Program-made: the position numbers and the translations under genes | Shown: positions 1 to 7,908 of the stretch, in pieces | Layout: each line of letters begins with the position of its first letter | Position numbering within the stretch: position 1 is the first letter of the stretch | DNA from: a virus | Lineage: Duplodnaviria > Caudoviricetes | Direction: 5' to 3' (one strand) | Virus record (IMG/VR): IMGVR_UViG_3300024501_000006 | Coordinates: 1 to 34,323 of that record | Length of the DNA stretch: 34,323 nt | The notes under the pieces: model-generated | Seen by the model: the letters and a program-made list of their open reading frames with translations, nothing else | Database searches by the model: none | What the model was told of the DNA's origin: nothing

Positions 1-333
1 GTCGTAGTTGTCAGCTCCGAAAAGCTGGAACCTGCCCTGATTGGGAAAGTCCGCCCTCAGTTCGGCTTCGTTGACCGTCGTGCCCGGTATCTTGAGCGCG
101 AAATCCTTGACGTAGTCCCATGCCGTCTGCTTCGCCTGCCTCAGAAGCGGGGCGATATAGGCAAAGCGTGGGCGGGGACGCTGGCAACGCAGGACGCTGT
201 CGATGGTGTCTGCGATAGCGCCTACGGTTTTGCCGCCCCGCCTGTGAATGACAGCGACACGGAAGCGTGCGCGGGACTTGTGGAACTCGGTCTGCCAGGG
301 GCGTGGCCGGTAGCCGAGGTCAATCGTCGGCAC
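1..333 (-). CDS. terL: Terminase large subunit, N-terminal ATPase part (truncated by window edge)
   Basis: Not in the ORF track. Manual translation from GTG at 333 gives MPTIDLGYRPRPWQTEFHKSRARFRVAVIHRRGGKTV...YIAPLLRQAKQTAWDY...LFGADNYD, with the adenine-binding PWQ, Walker A HRRGGKT and YIAP..QAK motifs. It overlaps the terS stop. Confidence 0.93.
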   Translation of the reverse strand, partial: MPTIDLGYRPRPWQTEFHKSRARFRVAVIHRRGGKTVGAIADTIDSVLRCQRPRPRFAYIAPLLRQAKQTAWDYVKDFALKIPGTTVNEAELRADFPNQGRFQLFGADNYD

Positions 334-607
334 GTGCTACGCCGGTGATGACCTTGATGGTGAGGTCGCCCCCACCCTCTCCGGTCACCTGCATGGGAAG
401 CACCTTGCCGAGAAGGGCAAGGAATGGACCCGGGTTTGCTGCGGCCTGCGTGGTCAGGTATGCGACCATCCCGCCCTTGCCGCCTGCCCCCTCTGCTGCT
501 TGCAGGATCGCATCCTTGAGCAGCGCAGTGGTCTTGTTGGGCATTCCTTTCGGCCTGCCCGGTCCAGCTTTGCCTTTTCCGATTTTGGGCGTTTCTATAT
601 CGGCCAT
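320..607 (-). CDS. terS: Terminase small subunit
   Basis: GRPKGMPNKTTALLKDAILQAA...FLALLGKVLP..VTGEGGG pattern; lies immediately upstream of terL. Confidence 0.85.
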   Translation of the reverse strand: MADIETPKIGKGKAGPGRPKGMPNKTTALLKDAILQAAEGAGGKGGMVAYLTTQAAANPGPFLALLGKVLPMQVTGEGGGDLTIKVITGVARADD

Positions 608-656
608 TGTCAGGGCCTCACTGTGCGATCCTTCCGCTAGGGAAGGTTGTCGCGGG

Positions 657-1118
657 TTAGCTTACTGCTGCTGAGAAGGGAGTTGCTTCCGTGCCGGTGG
701 CGATGACGACGCCCCAGACACTCCAGTAGCCCGCTTTGACATCCTTGACGCAGATGCGCTCGCCGATCTTCACGCTGCCTGTCGTTGTGCGGTTGAGCGT
801 GATGGTGTCGGAGGCTGCGACCGTGCCGAAAGTGGTGGCCGTGCCGTCTGCGTTGTCCACGACGATGAGGGCGCCCGTCATCACGTCTGTTGCATTTGCA
901 ACTTGAATGACATGGCTGTTGCTGGTCGCGATCACTGTGGTGACGAAATAGTATTCGTTCCCGGTTCCCAGCGCAGCCGGGAGGGTGATGGTGGTTCCTG
1001 CTGCGGTATCGAGCTGGATGGTTTTTCCGGCATCGAAGGCGGTCAGGGTGCGGGCAGAGCCTCCCGCTGTGAAATCGCCGCTGAAATCGCGGCGGGCTAG
1101 TTCGACGACACGCGCCAT
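657..1118 (-). CDS. Virion accessory/fibre-tip beta protein, paralogue of 1137..1721
   Basis: Thr/Ala/Gly-rich beta-type sequence. It aligns by eye with the C-terminal domain of 1137..1721 (TLPAALGTG/TLPDATGSG, DTITLNRTTTG/DTITLNGTTTG, PFSAAV/PFSATV). Confidence 0.65.
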   Translation of the reverse strand: MARVVELARRDFSGDFTAGGSARTLTAFDAGKTIQLDTAAGTTITLPAALGTGNEYYFVTTVIATSNSHVIQVANATDVMTGALIVVDNADGTATTFGTVAASDTITLNRTTTGSVKIGERICVKDVKAGYWSVWGVVIATGTEATPFSAAVS

Positions 1119-1136
1119 TGTTTTTAACTCCTACGC

Positions 1137-1721
1137 TTAGACGGTGGCTGAGAAGGGATCAGCGACGTTCGAGCCGGCAGGCACGAGCAGCGCGCCGGAA
1201 ACGTGCCAGGTATCAGCCGCGATATCGACCAGCCGCAGCCAGTCACCGATCTGACCGCCCGTGGTCGTGCCATTGAGCGTGATCGTGTCATCGGTGCCCG
1301 ACGCTGCGTAAGCCGTGGCCGCGTTTGAGTCGTTGTCGAGCATCATGACGACGCCCTTCATCACGTTCGAGGCATCGGGAACCTTGATCAGATGGTTGTT
1401 CGTGTTCACCGCGGTCACGATGAACTCGAAAACCATGCCGCTGCCCGTGGCGTCGGGAAGGGTGACGGTCGAAGCTGCGGCCGAATGGTCGAGCTTGATC
1501 GTGCGCCCGTCATGCGTGGCTTGCGTCAGGGTCAGGGCTGTGCCGCCGACCGAGACCATGCGAGCCGAGGTGGCTGCATTGCGCAGGGCGATTTCGGCCT
1601 CGGCGCGGGTAATCTTCTTCGTGCCCGACGTGCCGGCGGACACGTCCACAATCGGAAAGAGATCGCCAGTTGCGGAATCGGCCCCGGTCAGGGCCGTTAG
1701 ATCACTAATCTTCGAGCCCAT
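1137..1721 (-). CDS. Virion fibre/decoration protein with N-terminal KISDL-type attachment motif
   Basis: The N-terminus MGSKISDLTALTGADSATGDLFPIVDVSAGTSGTKKITR is a motif type common at phage fibre N-termini. The C-terminal domain is paralogous to 657..1118. TGATG overlap with the upstream gene. Confidence 0.68.
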   Translation of the reverse strand: MGSKISDLTALTGADSATGDLFPIVDVSAGTSGTKKITRAEAEIALRNAATSARMVSVGGTALTLTQATHDGRTIKLDHSAAASTVTLPDATGSGMVFEFIVTAVNTNNHLIKVPDASNVMKGVVMMLDNDSNAATAYAASGTDDTITLNGTTTGGQIGDWLRLVDIAADTWHVSGALLVPAGSNVADPFSATV

Positions 1722-2095
1722 CAGGCTGCCTCCAACTCAAGGTAATCGCCACTTTCAACGAGCAGATCGTCGCCATCTTCCATCAGGATGGAATCGCCGC
1801 CGGTCAGGACGGTGATTTCATCGGCAAGGAAGTTGCCGACTACGTCCACGGTGGCATCGGCTGCGTGGACGGAATTGTAGATCCGGCAGTAGATCGGCAC
1901 GCCGCCAGGATCGAGCACGACGCTCGTGCTGGTCGTGAGTGTGCCGTCGTCCATCGTCACCCAGTTACCGGCGACGTTGTGCTGGATCAGAAGGGTATTG
2001 GCCCCGGCCATGTAAACGCCGATGGTGATGGGGCCGAGAAGGCAGATAGTCTGGCTGAACTGGTCAACCGCCGTGAAGGTGCGTTGCATGACCAT
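1721..2095 (-). CDS. Small virion accessory protein (possible head-spike base) with acidic C-terminal motif
   Basis: About 90-aa beta-rich domain followed by ILMEDGDDLLVESGDYLELE; sits between the spike-fibre gene and the KISDL gene. Confidence 0.55.
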   Translation of the reverse strand: MVMQRTFTAVDQFSQTICLLGPITIGVYMAGANTLLIQHNVAGNWVTMDDGTLTTSTSVVLDPGGVPIYCRIYNSVHAADATVDVVGNFLADEITVLTGGDSILMEDGDDLLVESGDYLELEAA

Positions 2096-2099
2096 CCTT

Positions 2100-3161
2100 T
2101 CAGTGGCTGGTGATCGTTTGAAGCTGTGCGTCGTTCAGGGCTGAGTTGAACACGGCGAGACGGCGGATGTAGTTGAACGGCGCGCTGGTCCCGGCGACCA
2201 CGTTGCCGATGCGCAAAGTAGTCGGCGTTGCCGGAACGGTGGCTGACGTGTCGTGCGTTCCAAGTGTCCCGTCCCGACAGAACTGGACGCTGTTGAGCGA
2301 GAAGCGCCCGGCCATCTTGTACACCGTGTTGAGCCCGAGTGCGGCTCCAGCCGTCACGCTGGCTTGCGAAACACCGCCATCCGTCATCACGCCCCGCGCA
2401 ATTTGAGTCGTCGCGACTGCTATATTGGCGCGCTCCGCGTCGGTGCCATCGTCGACCTGCATTGCAATTTCAGCCGCGCCGCCAGCCGCACCAGACGCGA
2501 CAACGCGCTCACATTCCGCCCACAGGCTGAGCGGATACGTCACGCCGGGGCTGCTGATTGTCAGCACGTCCGCGTTGCGTGTCACGCTTGCGCCCGCCGT
2601 CGGAATCCAGCTCGACGCAAAAGCGCCCACCTCCAGCTGCACGTTCGTGACTGAGCCGGAAACCGTGAGCGTCAGCGTGGCGGCAGACGGAGTAAACGTC
2701 AGCGTGACGCGGTCGTTTACCCCCGTTCCGACCAGCGGCCCGGCTGTGGATGCGCCGGAGAGCGTGATCGTGCCGGTGCCGCGAAAACTCAGCGTGTGAG
2801 CAACCGCCGTGACGACGACGTCCTGCGTGGCGCCGGTTGCAGAGTTCAGGAATAAGTTGGTCCGAGCGCCCTCGATCAGCACACCCCTGTCGGTGCGGCG
2901 CAGCTGGCCTGAAGAGAACTGGATGATTTCGCCCGCTACGGTTTCAGCCGTTCCGACCGTGGCGCGCGTGAAGCTCCATCCGGGCGTGCTCGCGAGAGCG
3001 CCAACATCCACACCAGAAAAAAGCGCGCGATTCGTGGTGAAGTCCCAGTAGTGGAGCGGCTCGACGCCAAGCAGGCTGATCGCATCGTCAAGCAGGTCAT
3101 GCGCTGGCAAGGCCGAATCCGAAAACGCCCTGATTAGCGGCCGGACATGCGGGCGGATCAT
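2100..3161 (-). CDS. Head-spike-fibre-like protein with C-terminal LamG/concanavalin A-like domain
   Basis: SFTRAT...RGVLIEGARTNLFLNS and QLEVGAFASSWIPTAGASVTRNAD motifs, plus a LamG-like C-terminus YIRRLAVFNSALNDAQLQTIT. Confidence 0.75.
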   Translation of the reverse strand: MIRPHVRPLIRAFSDSALPAHDLLDDAISLLGVEPLHYWDFTTNRALFSGVDVGALASTPGWSFTRATVGTAETVAGEIIQFSSGQLRRTDRGVLIEGARTNLFLNSATGATQDVVVTAVAHTLSFRGTGTITLSGASTAGPLVGTGVNDRVTLTFTPSAATLTLTVSGSVTNVQLEVGAFASSWIPTAGASVTRNADVLTISSPGVTYPLSLWAECERVVASGAAGGAAEIAMQVDDGTDAERANIAVATTQIARGVMTDGGVSQASVTAGAALGLNTVYKMAGRFSLNSVQFCRDGTLGTHDTSATVPATPTTLRIGNVVAGTSAPFNYIRRLAVFNSALNDAQLQTITSH

Positions 3162-3382
3162 GCCTGCCCCACGGCGTCAGCGTTGCGGATATCCTCATCA
3201 CGGCGCTCGATGCGATGGTGTTCGGCGGCGACATCGTGCTCGGCTCGGAGCTGCCTCATCGCTTGCGCGAGCAGGTGCATCCGGGCTTCGGGCCTGACCC
3301 TGCGGAAATTCGGGGAAAAGTGGACGGTCAGCTTGCCGCCCCACAGGGGCGCTTTGAGCCTTGCGATTGTGCGGATGATCAT
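3158..3382 (-). CDS. Hypothetical protein
   Basis: 74-aa ORF with an ATGA overlap into the next gene, in operon orientation. Confidence 0.65.
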   Translation of the reverse strand: MIIRTIARLKAPLWGGKLTVHFSPNFRRVRPEARMHLLAQAMRQLRAEHDVAAEHHRIERRDEDIRNADAVGQA

Positions 3383-3473
3383 TTAACCGCCTAGCTGTAA
3401 CAATTCGTGACGAAAATATTCAGACCGTAGCTGGGTTTGCGCGCCAGCAGATCCGGGACGCTACCCGCAAACC

Positions 3474-4019
3474 CTAGCGCCGCATCTTTGCCTTGGGCGG
3501 CTTGGGCGGTTCGGGCTGCGGCTCTGGCCGGCGCGAGACGGCTGCGGGGGTGCTGCGCACGGCGCGCCCGTCAGGCGTTCCAACCGGGGCCAATTCCTTG
3601 GCGCGCTCGGTCTTGGGATCGCGCTTGTTGAAGGCTTGCAGGGCCTTTGAGACGATGTTCGGCGGGGTGCGGACGACCGGGAACTCGACCGGCTCGATTT
3701 CCTGCCCGTCCGCCTCGGTTTCTGGGCCTATTGAGAACGATACCCGGGCCGTGTTGCCCTTGATAATGCAATGGGCGCGCGGCCAATTCGGTCGCATCGT
3801 GACGGGAAACCAGGCGTCTTGATAGGTCTCCTGCCACATCGCGACGATGGCTTCGCAGGCGGCCAGCTCAAGCCTCCGCTCGGCCCTGCCCCGCTTGTGG
3901 ACCTGCACGGGAACCTTGGAACACTCACGGATAACCCGCTGGCGCAAAGCCTCAATAAACTGGTCATTGATCGGATAGAGGCCGGTAAGCTCGGTCAATT
4001 GCTCGAAAAATCGAGACAT
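3474..4019 (-). CDS. Hypothetical protein, Pro/Arg-rich C-terminus; first gene after the putative late promoter
   Basis: 181 aa; GGAGG Shine-Dalgarno just upstream of the ATG. Confidence 0.75.
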   Translation of the reverse strand: MSRFFEQLTELTGLYPINDQFIEALRQRVIRECSKVPVQVHKRGRAERRLELAACEAIVAMWQETYQDAWFPVTMRPNWPRAHCIIKGNTARVSFSIGPETEADGQEIEPVEFPVVRTPPNIVSKALQAFNKRDPKTERAKELAPVGTPDGRAVRSTPAAVSRRPEPQPEPPKPPKAKMRR

Positions 4020-4182
4020 GCGGCCTCCGGATTTTGCACAAGTTCAGCCCGTCGGCCCTCTCGGCCTTCACGGCTCCGCACAAAGTCGGCGCGGTCGGGC
4101 TGCTACCCGTAGTATCGCAAAAGAGGCGTCAGCCCCTAAGACAGCCCGCGTATGTTGTGGCTGATTTGCGGCAAACCCGCAA
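4020..4182 (-). promoter_or_regulatory. Putative late promoter and structured leader (pR'-like)
   Basis: Non-coding gap directly after the antiterminator gene. The minus strand reads TTGCGG-17 nt-CACAAC, followed by CAGCCCG/CGGGCTG complementary segments. Confidence 0.45.
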
Positions 4183-4185
4183 CCC

Positions 4186-4719
4186 CTAGGCGGCACGGAC
4201 GCAATCATCGACCGGGATTTTCACAAGCTGGTCACGTCCCAACAACCGCATGATGAAGTGCGCCTCCCCATCCTGCACGTCCTGAACCCGCAATTTGTGA
4301 TCCGCCAGCACGCCGCGTGCAACGATCACCTCGTCCCCGATCCTGAACTCATGGCCCGTGCGGAAATGCCGGAAGTAACCGGGCAGGCGCTTGCCCTCAT
4401 GGCCGAGGAACCTCACCATTTCGTCGTGATCGAACCGCGCGGGGTCGCCGTGCAAACCAACAATTGAATAGATCATGTGGATGCGCAGGATTTTATACCA
4501 CGGAACAGGTACCCCAATTGGCATACCGATAAAGCAGTAGCCGGGTGCGGCGACGAAGGTGCGGTAGGTTCGCACCTTGTCCCATTTCGTCCATTTGCGT
4601 AGCCGCGATTCCGTTTTGACCCGCGCGTAAACGCCAAAACGTTCCAGCGCTCTCGCCACATCAAATTCGCGCTGGGGCTCTGTGCGCAGGGCGTGCCAGA
4701 TCAGGGGGGCTTGTGTCAT
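4186..4719 (-). CDS. NusG/RfaH-family transcription antiterminator (NGN + KOW), positional analogue of lambda Q
   Basis: NGN motifs WHALRTEPQRE and APGYCFI; KOW-like FRIGDEVIVARG...LLGRDQLVKIP. Last gene before the late leader. Confidence 0.88.
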   Translation of the reverse strand: MTQAPLIWHALRTEPQREFDVARALERFGVYARVKTESRLRKWTKWDKVRTYRTFVAAPGYCFIGMPIGVPVPWYKILRIHMIYSIVGLHGDPARFDHDEMVRFLGHEGKRLPGYFRHFRTGHEFRIGDEVIVARGVLADHKLRVQDVQDGEAHFIMRLLGRDQLVKIPVDDCVRAA

Positions 4720-4868
4720 CGCCTCCTCCTTTCATCCTTGAGGGAGCCTAGAAGCATCCACAGCAGGCCCAAGCTGGCCCACGCGAGATGCACCAGGTTC
4801 GGATCGAGCCGGGGCATCCACATCAGGAAGGCGGTCAGCGCGAGGATGGAGAGGCCGGCGAGTTTCAT
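4716..4868 (-). CDS. 50-aa two-TM membrane protein
   Basis: Manual translation MKLAGLSILALTAFLMWMPRLDPNLVHLAWASLGLLWMLLGSLKDERRRR; ATGA overlaps with both neighbours. Confidence 0.75.
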   Translation of the reverse strand: MKLAGLSILALTAFLMWMPRLDPNLVHLAWASLGLLWMLLGSLKDERRRR

Positions 4869-5065
4869 GGCGCGGCCTCCGGGGGTGGAGGGAGGGGCAT
4901 CCAGTGGGTCGGATCAAACGCGACGAAAGAATGCACGTTCGTTACAAACGTCTCCGCCATACGATCATACCGCATCGTCAATATGCGGTCTTTGCCGCCT
5001 ACTTTCTCAAATGCGAGAATGTCGGTTCCGTCACGCGGCGCCGTTTCAATTGGCTGCCAGCTCAT
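4865..5065 (-). CDS. DUF551-family protein
   Basis: MSWQPIETAPRDGT...PTHWMPLPPPP signature; start revised to the ATG at 5065. Confidence 0.85.
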   Translation of the reverse strand: MSWQPIETAPRDGTDILAFEKVGGKDRILTMRYDRMAETFVTNVHSFVAFDPTHWMPLPPPPEAAP

Positions 5066-5163
5066 TGCCCGCCTCCGCTTCCCGAGTGCTTGATGCCCCA
5101 CCAGCAGAGCGCGACGATGAGCGGAAGGGCGACGATCAGGCCGATGATGATTGCCGGGTTCAT
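5062..5163 (-). CDS. 33-aa single-TM peptide
   Basis: MNPAIIIGLIVALPLIVALCWWGIKHSGSGGGQ; GGAGG SD and ATGA overlaps at both ends. Confidence 0.7.
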   Translation of the reverse strand: MNPAIIIGLIVALPLIVALCWWGIKHSGSGGGQ

Positions 5164-5267
5164 GAGCGCCCTCCGTCCTTCATGAAGGATGTGACGACGG
5201 CGCCGATGACGCAGAGCGTCATGATGGCGGCGCATATCCAAAAACCTTGCGCGATGATGTCCATCAT
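5160..5267 (-). CDS. 35-aa single-TM peptide
   Basis: Manual translation MMDIIAQGFWICAAIMTLCVIGAVVTSFMKDGGRS; GGAGG SD and ATGA overlaps at both ends. Confidence 0.7.
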   Translation of the reverse strand: MMDIIAQGFWICAAIMTLCVIGAVVTSFMKDGGRS

Positions 5268-5917
5268 GCGTCCTCCGTTTCGCGCCGGAACATGCGGAAA
5301 GGGTCGAACCTGTTGCGCTCGGCCACGGCCTTCGGATCGTAATGATCGAGCGCTTTCGCGATGCTGTCGGCCTCGGGCTTGGTCGGTTCCTCGGGGTACG
5401 CGATGGCGGCGACCTCATCGTATGAGTGCTCACCCGACGCGATCAGCGCGGGAATATCAGGCTCAACGTGTGGATTGACGGGCTCGCATGTCTGCGCATC
5501 GATCAGCGGGGAGGGTTCGGGATCGACAACGGGCGCGTAGCCAGAGCCGTCGTCGTCCTCCGCGAACTCGCTGGCATCGTCGGAATGGTCCCGGCTTTCT
5601 TCGTCCGTGCCGGGGACGGATGCCATCTCAGTCTCGACCGCCAAGGAAACAAACGGCTCTGACTGGACCGAAGCTTCGATTTCTTGCGGTTTGTCCTCGA
5701 ATAGATCGGCAGTAGCTGGCTCCGGTGCGGCCTCAATCTCGTCATCATCCGCGTAATCGTACTCGCCGGCATCGTCCCAAAACGATGAATCGAGCCCACC
5801 GATTGCTTTTTCGAGGTCGAGAATTTCTTCGTGCAGCGCTTCCTCACGCTCTCGCGCCTCGTCCAGTTGCTGCGAAAGCTCGGCGTGGCGATTTTTCAGT
5901 TCTTCCAGCAGTGTCAT
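5264..5917 (-). CDS. Acidic hypothetical protein with N-terminal coiled coil
   Basis: 217 aa, strongly Asp/Glu-rich; heptad pattern in the first 40 or so residues; GAGG SD. Confidence 0.8.
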   Translation of the reverse strand: MTLLEELKNRHAELSQQLDEAREREEALHEEILDLEKAIGGLDSSFWDDAGEYDYADDDEIEAAPEPATADLFEDKPQEIEASVQSEPFVSLAVETEMASVPGTDEESRDHSDDASEFAEDDDGSGYAPVVDPEPSPLIDAQTCEPVNPHVEPDIPALIASGEHSYDEVAAIAYPEEPTKPEADSIAKALDHYDPKAVAERNRFDPFRMFRRETEDA

Positions 5918-5936
5918 GTCTCGTGGTCCTCTGTTG

Positions 5937-6323
5937 CTACGCTACCCGTTGATCTTCGCGGAAATCTTCCATTGCCTCGGCCAGACCGTGCGGCGCATGG
6001 CGACGAGCGAGCGTCCAGAGCGTGACGCCTGCCACGCCCATAGCAGCGCCGATGCGTTCCCATGACATGCCTGCCTCCCGCGCTACGGCGAGCAGTTCCA
6101 TCCGCGCCGACAGGCTGTAGTTCCGCCGTTTGTCGGCGCGGATCATGTTGGCGTTGGCGCGCAGGGCGCGACGGTCGGCTTCATCGATAAAACGGCCGCA
6201 CCATTGTGAGACTCGCGGACGCGAGACGCCCCACAGCTCGGCCAGCTGCGTCATGGCCATGCCTTCCGCGATGGCGTTCTGCACGTCGAGCATCCGCTTG
6301 GCGTTCACGGCTTCGTTGATCAC
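5937..6323 (-). CDS. Tandem helix-turn-helix DNA-binding protein
   Basis: Two HTH-like segments: MTQLAELWGVSRPRVSQW and MSWERIGAAMGVAGVTLW. Confidence 0.7.
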   Translation of the reverse strand: MINEAVNAKRMLDVQNAIAEGMAMTQLAELWGVSRPRVSQWCGRFIDEADRRALRANANMIRADKRRNYSLSARMELLAVAREAGMSWERIGAAMGVAGVTLWTLARRHAPHGLAEAMEDFREDQRVA

Positions 6324-6622
6324 GCCTCAGCCCTCCTCCAGCGATTGTGCTTGCGCCGTGCGACCTCGCCCGCGATTGCGGCGCGTGACGCAGGCGGGGC
6401 TTCCTGCACGGCAGGCCGCGTCATGTGCCCCTTCACGGCATAGAATGCGCACCGCTCGTGGAACGTCTCACGCGGCGTGCGGTAATGCGCGGATTGCTCG
6501 GCATCGCACTTGGGGCGCAGGCCCCGCAGGTGAGCGCATCCTTCGCACGTTAGGCGCTGAACAAGCTGTGCGGCCTGAGCGGCGGCGGCTTTGACGTCGT
6601 GCGTTTCGTTGCGGCGGGTCAT
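6320..6622 (-). CDS. Hypothetical Cys-containing (possible Zn-binding) protein
   Basis: CEGCAH...C...C pattern; start/stop overlaps at both ends. Confidence 0.65.
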   Translation of the reverse strand: MTRRNETHDVKAAAAQAAQLVQRLTCEGCAHLRGLRPKCDAEQSAHYRTPRETFHERCAFYAVKGHMTRPAVQEAPPASRAAIAGEVARRKHNRWRRAEA

Positions 6623-7908
6623 GCTGCGTCTCCTGGCATGATCGAGAAAAGCGGCGTGTCGTGGCCGTGGACGTGGTCCAGTCGCCGCTTGATGTCTGCG
6701 ACGTACTCAGCCTCGCGCTCGATCAGGATCGCGTTGAAACCCTCGCGCATGGCCGCCATGCCGGTCGTGCCAGAACCTGCAAACGGGTCCAGCACGGTCC
6801 CGCCCGGAGGCGTCACCAGCTTGATGAGGTAGGCCATCAGATCGACCGGCTTCACGGTCGGGTGTTTGGATTCCAGCCGGTCGAGTTTGTCGGCTTTCGG
6901 AGTGTAGAAGAAACGGGCTGCGGAGCCGCCACCGCCGTAGCCAGCATCTTCACGAGCGAATCCGCCTTGTGAGCCCTGATAAACGTTTGTTCCGATCTTC
7001 TGGCCGCCGCCATTCCGCTGGACCGCAACGCCATCCTTGCCTTCAGGAAACCCCGCCAGCACTTCCGGCGATCCGTCGTGGATGACGTTGGCGGGCCAGC
7101 GGCCAGATTGCGACGGCTCAAACGTCCTACGCTCACGCCGTGGCTCGTAGGACGTTTGAGCCGTGTTGATTCCTTGAGTGACTGCGTTTTCAGTGTAGCC
7201 GTCGCCCGCCTCCACCCTGCACGCATCAATGTTGAGCGCGCCCGTGCCGTGCTTCAGCACGTTCCCGGCGACGGTGGATTCCAGCGGCTTGCGGGCGAGG
7301 CAGATGGGTTCGTGGGCGGGCTTAAGGGCTGTGCCCCAGCCTTGCCATTGTGCGGCTTCCGGCGATCCTGCGGCGTATTCGTGCGGGGTGAACTCACGCC
7401 CGTTCGTCTTTTCCCATCCGGCTTTGTTTTGATCCGCGCCGGGGATCATGCGCTTGACAGGGCCGCCAGTCGCGACACGCTCGCCTTCGATGCCCTTGGC
7501 CTTATCGATGCCCTTGGCGACGTCGTGAGATTTTGGGAACCCGGAGCCAAACAGCCATGCAAGCTGGTCGCGGATCTCAAAGCCGCCATCCTCAATGGCG
7601 CAGACGAGGCGATGATAGGTCCGCGTCCCGCCGAATGCGATCAGGTGACCACCGGGCTTGAGAACGCGCCGAACTCCGATCCAGAATGCCGGATCAAAGG
7701 CGGTCTCTCCGGTATCCCAGGCTTTGCCCATGAAGCCCGCAGTTGAACGCCGGTAGACGCCCTCGCGTGGCGGCGGGCCGTCTCCGCTCCAGCGCTTCGT
7801 GATCGACACAAGCGCATATGGCGGGTCTGTGATGACGCTATCCACGCTGGAGCCCGCAAGCGTTTTCAGAACGTCGCGGCTGTCGCCATGAAGAACTTGC
7901 ACGCTCAT
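6619..7908 (-). CDS. Orphan beta-class amino (N6-A/N4-C) DNA methyltransferase
   Basis: Catalytic motif IV TDPPY near the N-terminus; HPTVKP and SAM-binding LDPFAGSGTT near the C-terminus. Start revised to MSVQVLHGDS at 7908 (ATGA overlap). Confidence 0.93.
   Translation of the reverse strand: MSVQVLHGDSRDVLKTLAGSSVDSVITDPPYALVSITKRWSGDGPPPREGVYRRSTAGFMGKAWDTGETAFDPAFWIGVRRVLKPGGHLIAFGGTRTYHRLVCAIEDGGFEIRDQLAWLFGSGFPKSHDVAKGIDKAKGIEGERVATGGPVKRMIPGADQNKAGWEKTNGREFTPHEYAAGSPEAAQWQGWGTALKPAHEPICLARKPLESTVAGNVLKHGTGALNIDACRVEAGDGYTENAVTQGINTAQTSYEPRRERRTFEPSQSGRWPANVIHDGSPEVLAGFPEGKDGVAVQRNGGGQKIGTNVYQGSQGGFAREDAGYGGGGSAARFFYTPKADKLDRLESKHPTVKPVDLMAYLIKLVTPPGGTVLDPFAGSGTTGMAAMREGFNAILIEREAEYVADIKRRLDHVHGHDTPLFSIMPGDAA

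Noticed and set aside
630-646. Hairpin CCTTCC-GCTAG-GGAAGG upstream of terS as a terminator or pac site
   Set aside because: Only a 6-bp stem with no U-tract; not enough evidence.
4732-4917. 61-aa minus-strand ORF from the track
   Set aside because: The alternative frame 4716..4868 has ATGA overlaps at both ends and a coherent two-TM product.
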